Of a stretch of DNA of 64,000 bases, positions 53,770 to 63,038 are shown one piece after another. The position numbers and the translations under genes were made by a program. Location of the stretch: the IMG/VR virus record IMGVR_UViG_3300021964_000016; one strand, written 5' to 3'. Source of the stretch: a virus. The notes beneath the pieces were generated by a model that ran no database searches, had not been told where the DNA came from, and worked only from the letters and a program-made list of their open reading frames with translations. The stretch's first letter is position 1; the number at the start of each line of letters is the position of its first letter.

Positions 53770-54027
53770 TCACCCTTCCCTCTTCTTAACCTTTTCCCTT
53801 TGCTTGAACAGATAATCTTGATGATCTAGATTAATTGGATCCTTGTCAAAAGCATCCATCATCTTACACATGTCTTCATAAAGTTCTTCAGAAATATCGC
53901 CATGCGCAGATATAGGATTCGCCGAATAGAATTTGATGCTGCCATCCTCTTCATAATACACTTCATGTATTTGAAACCCACCACCAACAACTGATGGTCT
54001 ATGACATACCCTGTAATTCCAACTCAT
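53770..54027 (-). CDS. Hypothetical protein
   Basis: MSWNYRV...IHEVYYEEDGSI motif, common in phages. Confidence 0.7.
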   Translation of the reverse strand: MSWNYRVCHRPSVVGGGFQIHEVYYEEDGSIKFYSANPISAHGDISEELYEDMCKMMDAFDKDPINLDHQDYLFKQREKVKKREG

Positions 54028-54691
54028 ATTGGTCTCTTAAATCTATGAACTCTCCGATCCAATCATCACGGTGCTCAATGAACACCTGACACTCTCCTTC
54101 CTGAGAGACAACTACCGTAACCAACTGCGTGATTGGTTGCCCTGTCATCTCTTCAAACATTACAGCATAAGCAGATTCCTGCTTAAAGTAATTATATATT
54201 CTTGAACGGGTTTTTCGCTTTGCGGAAGTTTTCCAGTCAATCACAGAAAGAATACCGTCGAACTCGGCAATCATGTCAACAGTGCCTGCTGCACGCAGAT
54301 GATTCGAATACATGAGACCTTCTACCACTCGAATATTGTCAATCCGTTTATCGGCGACTTGCTTCAAAAGAAAGAACATCTCGAGAGCATTGGGCATCAC
54401 TTTGCCTTCTCCCCTCTCCTTGTTCAGGCAATAATCCTCGATCAGTTGGTGAACTGACGTGCCTCGAGTAGATGCCTGCGTGGATATCTTCTGCGCAGTT
54501 TCTTTTCCTACTCTTTTCTGCCATTCAAACAATGCTCGTTTGGTTTTCTTACAAGAACTCAGAATGGTAGTGACGGAAGGGTAGGGAATTGATGCCGTTC
54601 CATCCTCCATCACATAGTGGCGTTTGCCCTCTACATTAACACGTTTGATCTTTGGCAAATCTACCAAATTTAAATTGAATGTCTTGTTCAT
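53999..54691 (-). CDS. PD-(D/E)XK exonuclease
   Basis: YPSVTTIL, RGTSVHQLIE, AGTVDMIA, IDWKTS and QESAYAVMFEE; start reassigned to 54691. Confidence 0.88.
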   Translation of the reverse strand: MNKTFNLNLVDLPKIKRVNVEGKRHYVMEDGTASIPYPSVTTILSSCKKTKRALFEWQKRVGKETAQKISTQASTRGTSVHQLIEDYCLNKERGEGKVMPNALEMFFLLKQVADKRIDNIRVVEGLMYSNHLRAAGTVDMIAEFDGILSVIDWKTSAKRKTRSRIYNYFKQESAYAVMFEEMTGQPITQLVTVVVSQEGECQVFIEHRDDWIGEFIDLRDQYELELQGMS

Positions 54692-54695
54692 AATA

Positions 54696-55172
54696 CTATC
54701 CTGATTTTTGCCCTCTGGTTCCGCGCAGAGTCCATTCAGGATCAACGTGGTGCGTGATAACCTTGTTTCTTTCCAATAAAGGTATGCCGCTCTCAATGTG
54801 CCCTGTAAACTTCTCACCATAATAAACCTTCTTGATTCCACTGGCAACGATCATCCTCGCGCACTTAACGCAAGGAGAATGGGTCACAAACATCAATGCA
54901 CCTTCAGCAGAGCAGTTTGATCTCGCAAGTTTGGCAATTGCGTTTTCTTCAGCGTGCAATACCTCTTCTTTGGTCCACATAATGTTGCCCTGAGCATCGT
55001 GCTCTTCGCAACAATTGTCCTCGCCTGGAAGTGTTCCGTTGTATCCAACAGAAATGATCGCGCCAGTTTTTGGATCAACAATAATCGCGCCAACCTTCAA
55101 CCGTTTCGCCGTAGAGCAATTGGCAAAAGATTCTGCTGTCTCCATATAAGCATTGGTCAGTTTAGTCTTCAC
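54696..55172 (-). CDS. cd: dCMP deaminase
   Basis: KVGAIIV, GYNG, HAEENAI and THSPCVKC. Confidence 0.92.
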   Translation of the reverse strand: MKTKLTNAYMETAESFANCSTAKRLKVGAIIVDPKTGAIISVGYNGTLPGEDNCCEEHDAQGNIMWTKEEVLHAEENAIAKLARSNCSAEGALMFVTHSPCVKCARMIVASGIKKVYYGEKFTGHIESGIPLLERNKVITHHVDPEWTLRGTRGQKSG

Positions 55173-55489
55173 TAGTTTCTCCGCATTGTAGCGATATCTT
55201 TCATTTGCTGTTCGTCAATAATCGGCACAGCGTTTGACTTGTGCATGGTGCCAATACCTTTCACCAAAGTGCCAGTGTATTGTTTCTTCTCTGGGGCAGC
55301 ACACACGCCACTGCCTGCGCTGTCAGCAGACTTATACACAACACCTTCATCGCGGCGATACGGTGCAGGACTGGACTGCATCGGAGTAAAAGGTGGGGGT
55401 GTATATTTCTTGAACGTTTCACCTTTCGCTTTCTTTTTCTTGATCTTGCGACCAGAGAAATCGTGACGCATTGAACCGTAGACTGGCAT
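55172..55489 (-). CDS. Conserved T4-like hypothetical protein
   Basis: YTGTLVKGIGTMHKSNAVPI. Confidence 0.75.
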   Translation of the reverse strand: MPVYGSMRHDFSGRKIKKKKAKGETFKKYTPPPFTPMQSSPAPYRRDEGVVYKSADSAGSGVCAAPEKKQYTGTLVKGIGTMHKSNAVPIIDEQQMKDIATMRRN

Positions 55490-55620
55490 TATACCCCCCC
55501 TTCCTCGTAAACTATAAGTCCAAAATCTATTTCTACTTCGGTTACTTTATAACCTAGTGCTCTGAGTCTCTTGATCTCGCTTTTAATCGCGGTTAGGGTG
55601 TTGTCTACTACTGTAATCAT
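55489..55620 (-). CDS. Hypothetical early protein, 43 aa (not in ORF track)
   Basis: MITVVDNTLTAIKSEIKRLRALGYKVTEVEIDFGLIVYEEGGV; SD GAGGAG; TAATG coupling. Confidence 0.7.
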   Translation of the reverse strand: MITVVDNTLTAIKSEIKRLRALGYKVTEVEIDFGLIVYEEGGV

Positions 55621-55627
55621 TAGGCGT

Positions 55628-55708
55628 TCTCCTCAACCAGAACACCTATTATGCCCTAAACTCAGTCAAAAGACAACCCTGAAAAATCCTAATAGAATCA
55701 ATAACTTA
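55628..55708 (-). promoter_or_regulatory. Early promoter cassette 4 with IHF-consensus box
   Basis: TTGTCT-17-CATAAT; AATCAATAACTTA at 55696-55708; leader TTCTGGTTGAGGAGA. Confidence 0.8.
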
Positions 55709-55939
55709 CGTGAGGTAGAATGGATATATGTCGAGCATATCGATTATACAAAATAAATCTTCCTTGCATAGTTGTCGACTTTGCACAGTGAGTTCGGTCC
55801 CCTTTTCATTAATGGCAAAAGCATCGCCTTGTGTCAACAAACACAGAACTGCTCTGATCGGAGTTTTGTCTCCGGTGAAACTCCAGATGGTTGATCCGTC
55901 TTTTTGTTTCCGTTCTTCAATATTGAGTTCGTTTTTCAT
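55706..55939 (-). CDS. Hypothetical protein
   Basis: ATGA-coupled; ends in the promoter box. Confidence 0.6.
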   Translation of the reverse strand: MKNELNIEERKQKDGSTIWSFTGDKTPIRAVLCLLTQGDAFAINEKGTELTVQSRQLCKEDLFCIIDMLDIYPFYLT

Positions 55940-56535
55940 CTAGAGACTGGTCTTCCAAAGTTAAAAGAAATTGCTATCCTAGACCGCGAATACGGTATTT
56001 TCTTTTGAACTGCTATTGAATGTTCTAACCAAGGTGGCCAAACTAAAATGTCTCCAGTTTCTGGTTGGTGTTCATATCGCGTCAAGTTGGGGGGAGCATA
56101 CGGTTCCGACATCATAATGGTATTCAATGCTGGGTTCCTGAACCTTATTGGGGTTGAATCTGAATCAGCGTATGGGTAATATGTTCCTGCTACTGCTGCG
56201 CCAGGATGTTGGTGCAGGCAATGACTTTCTCCTGTGGTGTATACAGAAAACCAGTAGTACACGTCATAGTTTTCAAATTTTTCAACAGGAGCATCTCGCA
56301 TTCTCAACCATTCCAGTGCCATATGTTTTGCCGCTGATTCAAATTCTTTCCTGAACGGCATACCTTCCACCACTTCTTTATTATACTTATTGTCATAGTA
56401 TGTGGTGTATGATTCTATGTTTTTTAATTTATTTCTTACATACGACTCAATCTGTTTATGGTCTAAATCTAGAGACCTTTTAAATATAGGGACATGGAAT
56501 AGACCAATCTTTTCTTTCTTGCCAGAGAAAGTCAT
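55936..56535 (-). CDS. 2OG-Fe(II) oxygenase-like (TIGR02466 type)
   Basis: HCLHQHP...AGTYY...PETGDILVWPPWLEHSI...RIAISFN. Confidence 0.85.
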   Translation of the reverse strand: MTFSGKKEKIGLFHVPIFKRSLDLDHKQIESYVRNKLKNIESYTTYYDNKYNKEVVEGMPFRKEFESAAKHMALEWLRMRDAPVEKFENYDVYYWFSVYTTGESHCLHQHPGAAVAGTYYPYADSDSTPIRFRNPALNTIMMSEPYAPPNLTRYEHQPETGDILVWPPWLEHSIAVQKKIPYSRSRIAISFNFGRPVSR

Positions 56536-56774
56536 TAGAAATCTTCGCCATGTTTGTATTGGTTTCTAATATCTGATAACGGGTCAAATTCAACGTTATC
56601 TTTGGTTTTGATTATTGCCTCTTCTTCACCATTGACAACTCGTTCCATATACCCAATTAACAAGTTTGCCATAGTAACATCCATCTCTTGTGCTTTTTTC
56701 TTGAATTGACCATGAAGGTACTCAGGGACTCGAATATTAAACATACGAGTGTTACCCTTACGATATTCAGACAC
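56535..56774 (-). CDS. Ribbon-helix-helix-like DNA-binding protein
   Basis: MFNIRVPEYLHGQFKKKAQEMDVTMANLLIGYM; GTG start at 56774 with SD AGGAG. Confidence 0.65.
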   Translation of the reverse strand: MSEYRKGNTRMFNIRVPEYLHGQFKKKAQEMDVTMANLLIGYMERVVNGEEEAIIKTKDNVEFDPLSDIRNQYKHGEDF

Positions 56775-56775
56775 C

Positions 56776-57345
56776 TTATGCTCCTTGAGTTGCCCACCAT
56801 TCAGGAGTGGGTCGTTTTGACCAAACAGCGAAACTTGCCTTATCTTCTTTGTAGAAGTTTCGATAAGACTCGACAACGTCGACTTCGCCATCATTATCTT
56901 TTACAATGCAGTGCGGGAACTGCTTCATGGCAACATATGGCATTTTAAACTTACCTGACTTCAGTCCTCTAGGAGGAGTTGCCAGTCTCTCTGCCAACTT
57001 CTGGTGGCACGTATGCACTTTGCCATATCTGTATGTATACTCTTCGCCGAGAGCAACCCAGAGTTCGTACAACCACATGTACTGCTCGACGTTCTCGCGA
57101 CACCAGATAGCAGATGGATGACTTACGTGACACGCCTTATAGATCAGGTCTTCATCGTCACCTTCAAGTCGCCAACGTTTGACTCGCTGCCCGCGTCTTC
57201 CTCTGCCTATGTATTCTTCACCGTCAATGACACGGTGAGCAGTAGAAAGGAGTTGGGGATACTCTACGTTCATCTTGACCACGTGCTTGTCGACGTGTTC
57301 CATTGCTGACGCAATAGGAGATTTTTGTACAGGAAATATGTTCAT
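56776..57345 (-). CDS. DenV-like (pyrimidine dimer DNA glycosylase family) protein
   Basis: MNIF...DKHVVKM..E..QLLSTAH, HPSAIW, EYTYRYGKVH and YRNFY. Confidence 0.75.
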   Translation of the reverse strand: MNIFPVQKSPIASAMEHVDKHVVKMNVEYPQLLSTAHRVIDGEEYIGRGRRGQRVKRWRLEGDDEDLIYKACHVSHPSAIWCRENVEQYMWLYELWVALGEEYTYRYGKVHTCHQKLAERLATPPRGLKSGKFKMPYVAMKQFPHCIVKDNDGEVDVVESYRNFYKEDKASFAVWSKRPTPEWWATQGA

Positions 57346-57353
57346 AATATAAA

Positions 57354-58403
57354 TTAACCTCTAGTGCTTAACCAAGGGTTGTTCCTTATAGGTTCAGTTG
57401 GATCTTCTTCCAAGGCAATGCCATGCCCATCGTCGATCACTTCCATATCTTCCATCTCCTCTTCGGGTGGAAGGTCTTCAATCTCTTCGTATTTGCTCAT
57501 GACATTGGCAGCGTCATCTACTGCGCTCGGTTTATCTGGGAACGATTTTCGTAATGGTTCGTCAACTATTGGTTGTTCTTTAGGTATTATTTCGTCAACG
57601 TCCATAACCCTGCTCGGATCAACTTTGAGGTTGCCGTCATCGTAAAACATTTTAGAGAGTTTCTTTTTGTTTAAGTCTCGAGTTGAGACCAGAAGCAAGG
57701 CAATTGCAAGTGGATCAAATACAAAGATCAATAGGATAATAACAAACCTGACCGCCTCATCAAAGTAGTCTTGTGCTTCATCGCCGTAGATCAGTTCCGC
57801 GATATATTTTAGGGGTCCAACTTCCACCTCAATAGATAACTGTTCTTGCTTGAGCGGAGCGAGTGCATCTTGTATTTCTTCGATAGATTGGATCGCATTA
57901 TCGATCTGCGAGTTAAGACTTTCCCTCTCTCCTCTTTGCGCCTCGCGGACCGCGATCGCACCATCCTTCCCCCTGATTCGATCATAATCGATAAGTGTCT
58001 GTACTGATTCGTCAAGTTGAGAAAGGACGCTCTCTGCATCTGTGATAACACGTTGCTGATTCGCAATTCGCCTTTCCAAGTTCTGGATTTGAAGCGCATT
58101 GTTTCCTCCTACTGATACTGAGTGTTCAAGGTGTGCTTTGGAAAGATACCCAAAGATTCCTAGCGAAGTGATGAACATAAGCACAACCACTGCGCTCGTT
58201 AGATAAACTTTCAACCAAAGTTGTAACCCTTTCCAGTTAGAATGCAACCAAGAGGCAGTTACAAGTTTACCGACTTCCAGCACTCCACCCATTATGGCAA
58301 TAGGTACTGCTGCACCTGCAAAGATTGCCATGAGTCCGACAATAGAATACCATGCCGCAACCCCAGCAATCGACAGGGAAGTTAAGAGTGTTACCCAGAA
58401 CAT
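57354..58403 (-). CDS. Multi-TM coiled-coil membrane protein
   Basis: Three N-terminal TMs, LEVGKLV, GIFGYLSKAH, coiled coil, EVGPLKYIA and IFVFDPLA. Confidence 0.75.
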   Translation of the reverse strand: MFWVTLLTSLSIAGVAAWYSIVGLMAIFAGAAVPIAIMGGVLEVGKLVTASWLHSNWKGLQLWLKVYLTSAVVVLMFITSLGIFGYLSKAHLEHSVSVGGNNALQIQNLERRIANQQRVITDAESVLSQLDESVQTLIDYDRIRGKDGAIAVREAQRGERESLNSQIDNAIQSIEEIQDALAPLKQEQLSIEVEVGPLKYIAELIYGDEAQDYFDEAVRFVIILLIFVFDPLAIALLLVSTRDLNKKKLSKMFYDDGNLKVDPSRVMDVDEIIPKEQPIVDEPLRKSFPDKPSAVDDAANVMSKYEEIEDLPPEEEMEDMEVIDDGHGIALEEDPTEPIRNNPWLSTRG

Positions 58404-58675
58404 TAATCCTCGCTTGTAGTCTCCGCGATCATTCCGATCTTTTTAAGATCCTCGACTTCGCCAGACATTACAAAGGTTCTCCCATCGGGAATCATCACGT
58501 GGATAAAAGTCTTCAGGATGCGGTAATATTTAGGATGAGGAAAGGGTCGCAATTCAACATGGACAACTTCGCCATACAACTTATCCGAAGGAGAATTCGG
58601 GGGGTACCAAGAAACCTTACGTCCTGGAACATCAACTGGGGGCGGAATTACTTTCTTCTTTACTCTAGGCATCAC
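58403..58675 (-). CDS. Hypothetical protein
   Basis: Coupled ORF in the operon. Confidence 0.6.
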   Translation of the reverse strand: MMPRVKKKVIPPPVDVPGRKVSWYPPNSPSDKLYGEVVHVELRPFPHPKYYRILKTFIHVMIPDGRTFVMSGEVEDLKKIGMIAETTSED

Positions 58676-58862
58676 TCGGGGTTCCTTCTATGATCGTGCC
58701 GTCTTTGTTCTGGACATAATTGCCAGTGTTATAAGAATCCATTGTCGAAACATACATCTCTGTATTTCCGATGTTACGGATTAGAAATTCTTGACCAATT
58801 TTATCAGCGTACCAATAAGAACTGTCGCTGCACTTTTCAATACGAACATACAACTCTTTCAT
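58665..58862 (-). CDS. Hypothetical protein
   Basis: Coupled ORF; YWYADKIGQEF. Confidence 0.6.
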   Translation of the reverse strand: MKELYVRIEKCSDSSYWYADKIGQEFLIRNIGNTEMYVSTMDSYNTGNYVQNKDGTIIEGTPSDA

Positions 58863-59131
58863 TACATGTATGCCTCGAGGGAATTGTAGGAAACATTATC
58901 CCAAGGATCTGGGGTGAATGGTTTGATGAACTCGGTGGGGATTGGTTCTTTCAGTTTGGTAAAAGACCGCCACCTTTTGCTGAACTGCTTGGGTGCGCTG
59001 AACTTCTGCCAATGTTCATCACCAAACTTACGAATTGCGATCAAGCGACCGTCTTCCTGCAACAAGTAATCCATGTTGGTCACTCGGTGCTTCGCTTTTG
59101 CCCAATCGGTTTTTTCACGTAGCATTTGCAT
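58862..59131 (-). CDS. Hypothetical protein
   Basis: TAATG-coupled; LREKTDW...FSKRWRSF. Confidence 0.6.
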   Translation of the reverse strand: MQMLREKTDWAKAKHRVTNMDYLLQEDGRLIAIRKFGDEHWQKFSAPKQFSKRWRSFTKLKEPIPTEFIKPFTPDPWDNVSYNSLEAYM

Positions 59132-59370
59132 TATGCAGATTCCTTAAAAGTTTGTCCAATAGGTTTTTGTTTCCTATTGTTCCAAATATAATAAATTTTC
59201 GGGACATCGTTGTCATCAACCATCAACGCAGACTTAAAAGACTTTCCGTCAATATACAACGGACCTTCCTTGATCGCCACAATAGAATTAGGATATTCTA
59301 TACTATCTGATGGTGCAAAGTCAACTATTTTTTCTTTGCTGAAAGCAGAATCAAAATACAAAAATTTCAT
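59131..59370 (-). CDS. Hypothetical protein
   Basis: Coupled ORF. Confidence 0.55.
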   Translation of the reverse strand: MKFLYFDSAFSKEKIVDFAPSDSIEYPNSIVAIKEGPLYIDGKSFKSALMVDDNDVPKIYYIWNNRKQKPIGQTFKESA

Positions 59371-59528
59371 TCAACACACCTCATGTGATAGGGGGCATTA
59401 ACCAATATCGCAGAACACTCCTTTTTTGGCGAGCGTTCTGGGAATTGTATTTCAGAGCAAAATAGGGCATAGGCGATTATCCCATACCCCAAGAGTAAAA
59501 GGTCTTTGTAATACTCCTTCTTCTTCAT
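59367..59528 (-). CDS. Small membrane protein
   Basis: MKKKEYYKDLLLLGYGIIAYALFC...; start reassigned to 59528. Confidence 0.5.
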   Translation of the reverse strand: MKKKEYYKDLLLLGYGIIAYALFCSEIQFPERSPKKECSAILVNAPYHMRCVE

Positions 59529-59887
59529 TACAGGTACTCTGGACCAGTCCAGCGTACCCATGAGAAGTCACCCTGAAGGATGTTGCCACGCGGTTTGTTG
59601 CGCGCTGGTGCCGACCAACCTGCTGGCTTGAGAATATCTCCTGCCTTGAAGTTCGCCTTGCCATCCTTCTCTGGTTCGTCTTCCTTGACGATGAAACCCC
59701 AAACCATCGTTTGGTTGCCCAACTTCTTGGTCACCTTGATGTACTTTCGCCCTTCTTCAAAGTCGATGCCAGCGTGGAACAGGTCAACTTGACTTCTGTC
59801 CTCTGGATTAGGTCGCGCACGACGAGCATAGTCGTCAACGATCCAGTCTACGAGGTTATCCAGTGCTTCATTCATTTGATCGGTCAT
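59528..59887 (-). CDS. Conserved phage early protein
   Basis: GRKYIKV, VWGFI, GDILKPAGWSAPARNKPRGNI and WTGPEYL. Confidence 0.78.
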   Translation of the reverse strand: MTDQMNEALDNLVDWIVDDYARRARPNPEDRSQVDLFHAGIDFEEGRKYIKVTKKLGNQTMVWGFIVKEDEPEKDGKANFKAGDILKPAGWSAPARNKPRGNILQGDFSWVRWTGPEYL

Positions 59888-60117
59888 TAGAAGTTCTCCT
59901 TGTTACCAGTCTTCAGATCACGCATTTCAAGCACCACGTAATCCACGTCCACATTCTGAGTCGCGAGTCCCGCCCAAGTGCAGGCATCGTCCCATGACAT
60001 GAAACCCATCTTGTCAGTTTGGGTGGTGCCTTCGAGAGTTCCGCTCAGGAAGTATCGGTCGAACTCCACTTGACAAGGGTACGCGCTCACAGGGGTATTC
60101 ACTACAAAGTTAGACAT
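59887..60117 (-). CDS. Hypothetical early protein
   Basis: MSNFVVNTP...; SD AAGGAG behind early promoter 5. Confidence 0.7.
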   Translation of the reverse strand: MSNFVVNTPVSAYPCQVEFDRYFLSGTLEGTTQTDKMGFMSWDDACTWAGLATQNVDVDYVVLEMRDLKTGNKENF

Positions 60118-60122
60118 ATCAC

Positions 60123-60203
60123 TCTCCTTAACCATTACAGATATTATCCCGCAAATGGGGTCCAAACACAAGTTTGAAAAAAGTGAATAAAATCAATAAC
60201 TTA
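60123..60203 (-). promoter_or_regulatory. Early promoter cassette 5 with IHF-consensus box
   Basis: TTGTGT-17-GATAAT; AATCAATAACTTA at 60191-60203; TTGTGTTTGGACCCCATTT is shared with cassette 3. Confidence 0.8.
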
Positions 60204-60845
60204 GGAAAACAGGGTAACTCTTCCCTCTTCTACTCTAGCATGAGCATGGAAGGATATTCTAGATTCGCCTGTCTCGCAGACGATATCGCTAGTTCTGTGG
60301 GGGGTCATCGCCTTCCAATGGACTAAAGAACCGACTGTGTAGACGTGTTCTTTTTCTTCCCCGTCTTCTTCATAATAAATTCCAGTCGGGTGCTTTGGCA
60401 GGTTTATCGGGCAGACCCAAGATTCTATCGTTGTGCCGCGAAGTTCTTCAACGGTGGGGAATATGTCTACATGTGGGGGGAGACACAGCAAACTCATAGG
60501 ATATTCTCTACTATCACATTCACCACGAAAAACGCGAAACGCAGGAAACATTAGAGTTGAGGAATACTCAACGGGTCTTGAGTAATATTCCTCTAATCTC
60601 TCTTTGAATTTGAAATACAACCAATCAAAATTTTGAATCATTACAGATCTAGATCTTTTGTTGGACTTTTCGTATTTCTTCAGGTCGTTGTGACTCATGT
60701 AGAGCATTCTGGGTACATTGAGTGCTCTTGGGTCGCCAAGATATTTGGGGAATCCATGACTAGGGATTAACCCCAGAACACTCTCTTGTATTTCAGAAAG
60801 TTCTTCTTCGTCTAAGAAGTTTTCTTCGACGACGGTTAGGTTCAT
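60201..60845 (-). CDS. 2OG-Fe(II) oxygenase-like protein
   Basis: PHVD...PINLP...YTVGSLV...PHRT...RISFHAH. Confidence 0.65.
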   Translation of the reverse strand: MNLTVVEENFLDEEELSEIQESVLGLIPSHGFPKYLGDPRALNVPRMLYMSHNDLKKYEKSNKRSRSVMIQNFDWLYFKFKERLEEYYSRPVEYSSTLMFPAFRVFRGECDSREYPMSLLCLPPHVDIFPTVEELRGTTIESWVCPINLPKHPTGIYYEEDGEEKEHVYTVGSLVHWKAMTPHRTSDIVCETGESRISFHAHARVEEGRVTLFS

Positions 60846-61408
60846 GCAACGATGCTCGAAAACACTTCTTCTTGCCAGTCGGAGATAAAATCCCAGAGCA
60901 ACTCGTAATAAAGTTCTCCGTCATCAGTCCACCAACCTTCGTCCTCGTCCCAGAGTCCAGCAAGTTCTTCGTCTTTTTCTTTCAGAGTCTCAATAATTTC
61001 ACCGTCATCGAGTTCTTCACCGTCAAGTTGCCCTTCGTTGTTGAAGACAGCAGCACCGATAAAGTTCGGCATCTCGTCTTCATAGGTGTACGCGATCAAG
61101 ATTGAATCGTCAACTTCGGCAATCCTGCGCACTACCTCTTCAACAAATTCAAAACAGGCACTCCAAGCAGACTGGATTCGCATACCACCCTCATCCATAT
61201 CACTACCATATGCCCACTTGGCACCAACCTTTTCGCACATCCAAGATCGATCGATCTCTTCAATGTCATCAACCCAAAGGTGTCCAAGATGATATTCGCC
61301 GTAGAGTGGTTCAAATTCCTGAATCCGACTTACGATTTCGTTCCAGACTTTCTGTCCTTCTTCTGAAATCTGCCTGATGCAGATGTATGAGTTTACGTGA
61401 TTTGCCAT
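60842..61408 (-). CDS. Acidic protein with DUF1281-like ferredoxin-fold motif
   Basis: MANHVNS...WMCEKVGAKW...SAWS...YEDE. Confidence 0.55.
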   Translation of the reverse strand: MANHVNSYICIRQISEEGQKVWNEIVSRIQEFEPLYGEYHLGHLWVDDIEEIDRSWMCEKVGAKWAYGSDMDEGGMRIQSAWSACFEFVEEVVRRIAEVDDSILIAYTYEDEMPNFIGAAVFNNEGQLDGEELDDGEIIETLKEKDEELAGLWDEDEGWWTDDGELYYELLWDFISDWQEEVFSSIVA

Positions 61409-61420
61409 TTCAATTCTCCT

Positions 61421-62404
61421 TTATACAGTAGAGGCAATGATACGATCGTTTAGAGAAAACTCTGTACCGAGCATATGCTTTGTCCGAGCACTGGGGTCAT
61501 TTGACCACACCAACACTTCGGGATTATCATAGAGAAAGTCGCAGTCTTTACAATATTCAATATCGTCAAAACGCTCCTCCTCGTGTGCTTTTCGCAACCC
61601 CTGATACTTTTCGCCCCAGAAGATTTCTTCAAACGTCTGATCTTCAAAGTGGCCAAGAACAGACTTTGCTTCGTTTGGCGGACCAAGTGTTTGACAACAA
61701 GGAGTGACTGCCCCCAACTTACCATTACCGCCAGCACGAACTGTTAACTCTGGACCAAATGGTCTCCCGCAGGTTTTGCGATTAATAGGAATCCTAGCAT
61801 TCTTTCCAATTTCATAATTGCCTGACCAGTTATGCATCTTCCAGATATATGCTTTGGTGTGCGTATGTCGAATGAAATTGTCTTTGTACTCGTTTATCTC
61901 AAAGTTTGTTTGAGAGTTATTTGTAATCAAATGATAGGAACTAACTTCACAGCTCGACCCAGTTCGACGAATATAATCCTGTAGATCAATGACGTTAAAA
62001 CGAACAGAAAAGAAATTGTCAACGTCCATCCATTCAAGATAAGAGATTGGATCATAACCAATGACGCTAACTCGAATGAAATCTATTCCTGCGTCAACGA
62101 CTCGCTTCATGTAGTCGCCATGAAGGAAATACCCATTGGTGTACATGTATGCTTTGCAACCACGTTTCTTGACTGCCTCGATATATTTGTCGAGATCTTT
62201 AGCGAGCGTTGGTTCGCCCGAACCCTCAAGATTAATTTGAGGAGTCCCGTACTTTGGAATGATCTGATCAAGAATATCCTCAAATTGAGACAGAGGCATC
62301 TTGCGCGTCCATTCCTTGCCTCTTCCTGGAATAGTCTGCGGACACATCTGGCAGGTGTAATTACACCCACCGATTACTTCCATGACTACACGTTCAAGTT
62401 TCAT
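61421..62404 (-). CDS. Radical SAM protein with SPASM/twitch domain
   Basis: CNYTCQMC, GSGEPTL and YTNG; C-terminal CGRPF...TPCC...CKDC. Confidence 0.9.
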   Translation of the reverse strand: MKLERVVMEVIGGCNYTCQMCPQTIPGRGKEWTRKMPLSQFEDILDQIIPKYGTPQINLEGSGEPTLAKDLDKYIEAVKKRGCKAYMYTNGYFLHGDYMKRVVDAGIDFIRVSVIGYDPISYLEWMDVDNFFSVRFNVIDLQDYIRRTGSSCEVSSYHLITNNSQTNFEINEYKDNFIRHTHTKAYIWKMHNWSGNYEIGKNARIPINRKTCGRPFGPELTVRAGGNGKLGAVTPCCQTLGPPNEAKSVLGHFEDQTFEEIFWGEKYQGLRKAHEEERFDDIEYCKDCDFLYDNPEVLVWSNDPSARTKHMLGTEFSLNDRIIASTV

Positions 62405-63038
62405 TTATTTTTGTTGGATCATTATCTGAATGATCGTCCTTGCCGTGATATATCAACCATCCTGTCACGATGTACTTGTATTCCTTCAGGTCTGGTGCTG
62501 ATCTGTGTGGGTGCGTATAACATGCTGGCCAGATCACCATCTTTCCTGCTTCTGGTTTTACAGAGATATTTTGATTCGCAAAATTTGTTTTACCACCTCT
62601 CTCTACAGTGTTTAGATAGATCATCCAAACACCCCAGCGTCTGCTCGTATGCGAGTCTGCTCCTTGTTCATAGTGCCACTGACAAAACCCTCCTTCTGGA
62701 GGAGTTCTTTGTATTTTGCACTCTAGAAATTCTAGATCTCTCCATCTAGGAACACCGCATTTAGTATAATGCTTACGCATATCAATCAGCGCATCATGTA
62801 ATCTATTATGAATATCCTGTTGATACTTTCTAAGAGAAGAAAACCGATGCATGACCAGACTTACATCATTCCTCTTTTGATTGTCTCTGATGCTTATACC
62901 CTCAACGTCTTTTTCAGGAGTCCCTCCGCCTTCGATCGCCTTTTCTATTTTGTTGTCAATAATTTTGATCAGGTTGGCACACCACTCTTCTGATACGGCA
63001 TTTTCCCAGACGCAAATGTTATCCGTTAAGAGTTCCAT
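62394..63038 (-). CDS. 2OG-Fe(II) oxygenase
   Basis: KIQRT...WHYE...WMIYLN...GGKT...VIWPACYTHPHR...KYIVTGW. Confidence 0.88.
   Translation of the reverse strand: MELLTDNICVWENAVSEEWCANLIKIIDNKIEKAIEGGGTPEKDVEGISIRDNQKRNDVSLVMHRFSSLRKYQQDIHNRLHDALIDMRKHYTKCGVPRWRDLEFLECKIQRTPPEGGFCQWHYEQGADSHTSRRWGVWMIYLNTVERGGKTNFANQNISVKPEAGKMVIWPACYTHPHRSAPDLKEYKYIVTGWLIYHGKDDHSDNDPTKINET

Noticed and set aside
61421-62404. Radical SAM/SPASM protein as PqqE partner of the phage PqqA
   Set aside because: It lacks the PqqE-type ELTYRCPLxCxYC context, lies 23 kb away, and no pqqD is seen.
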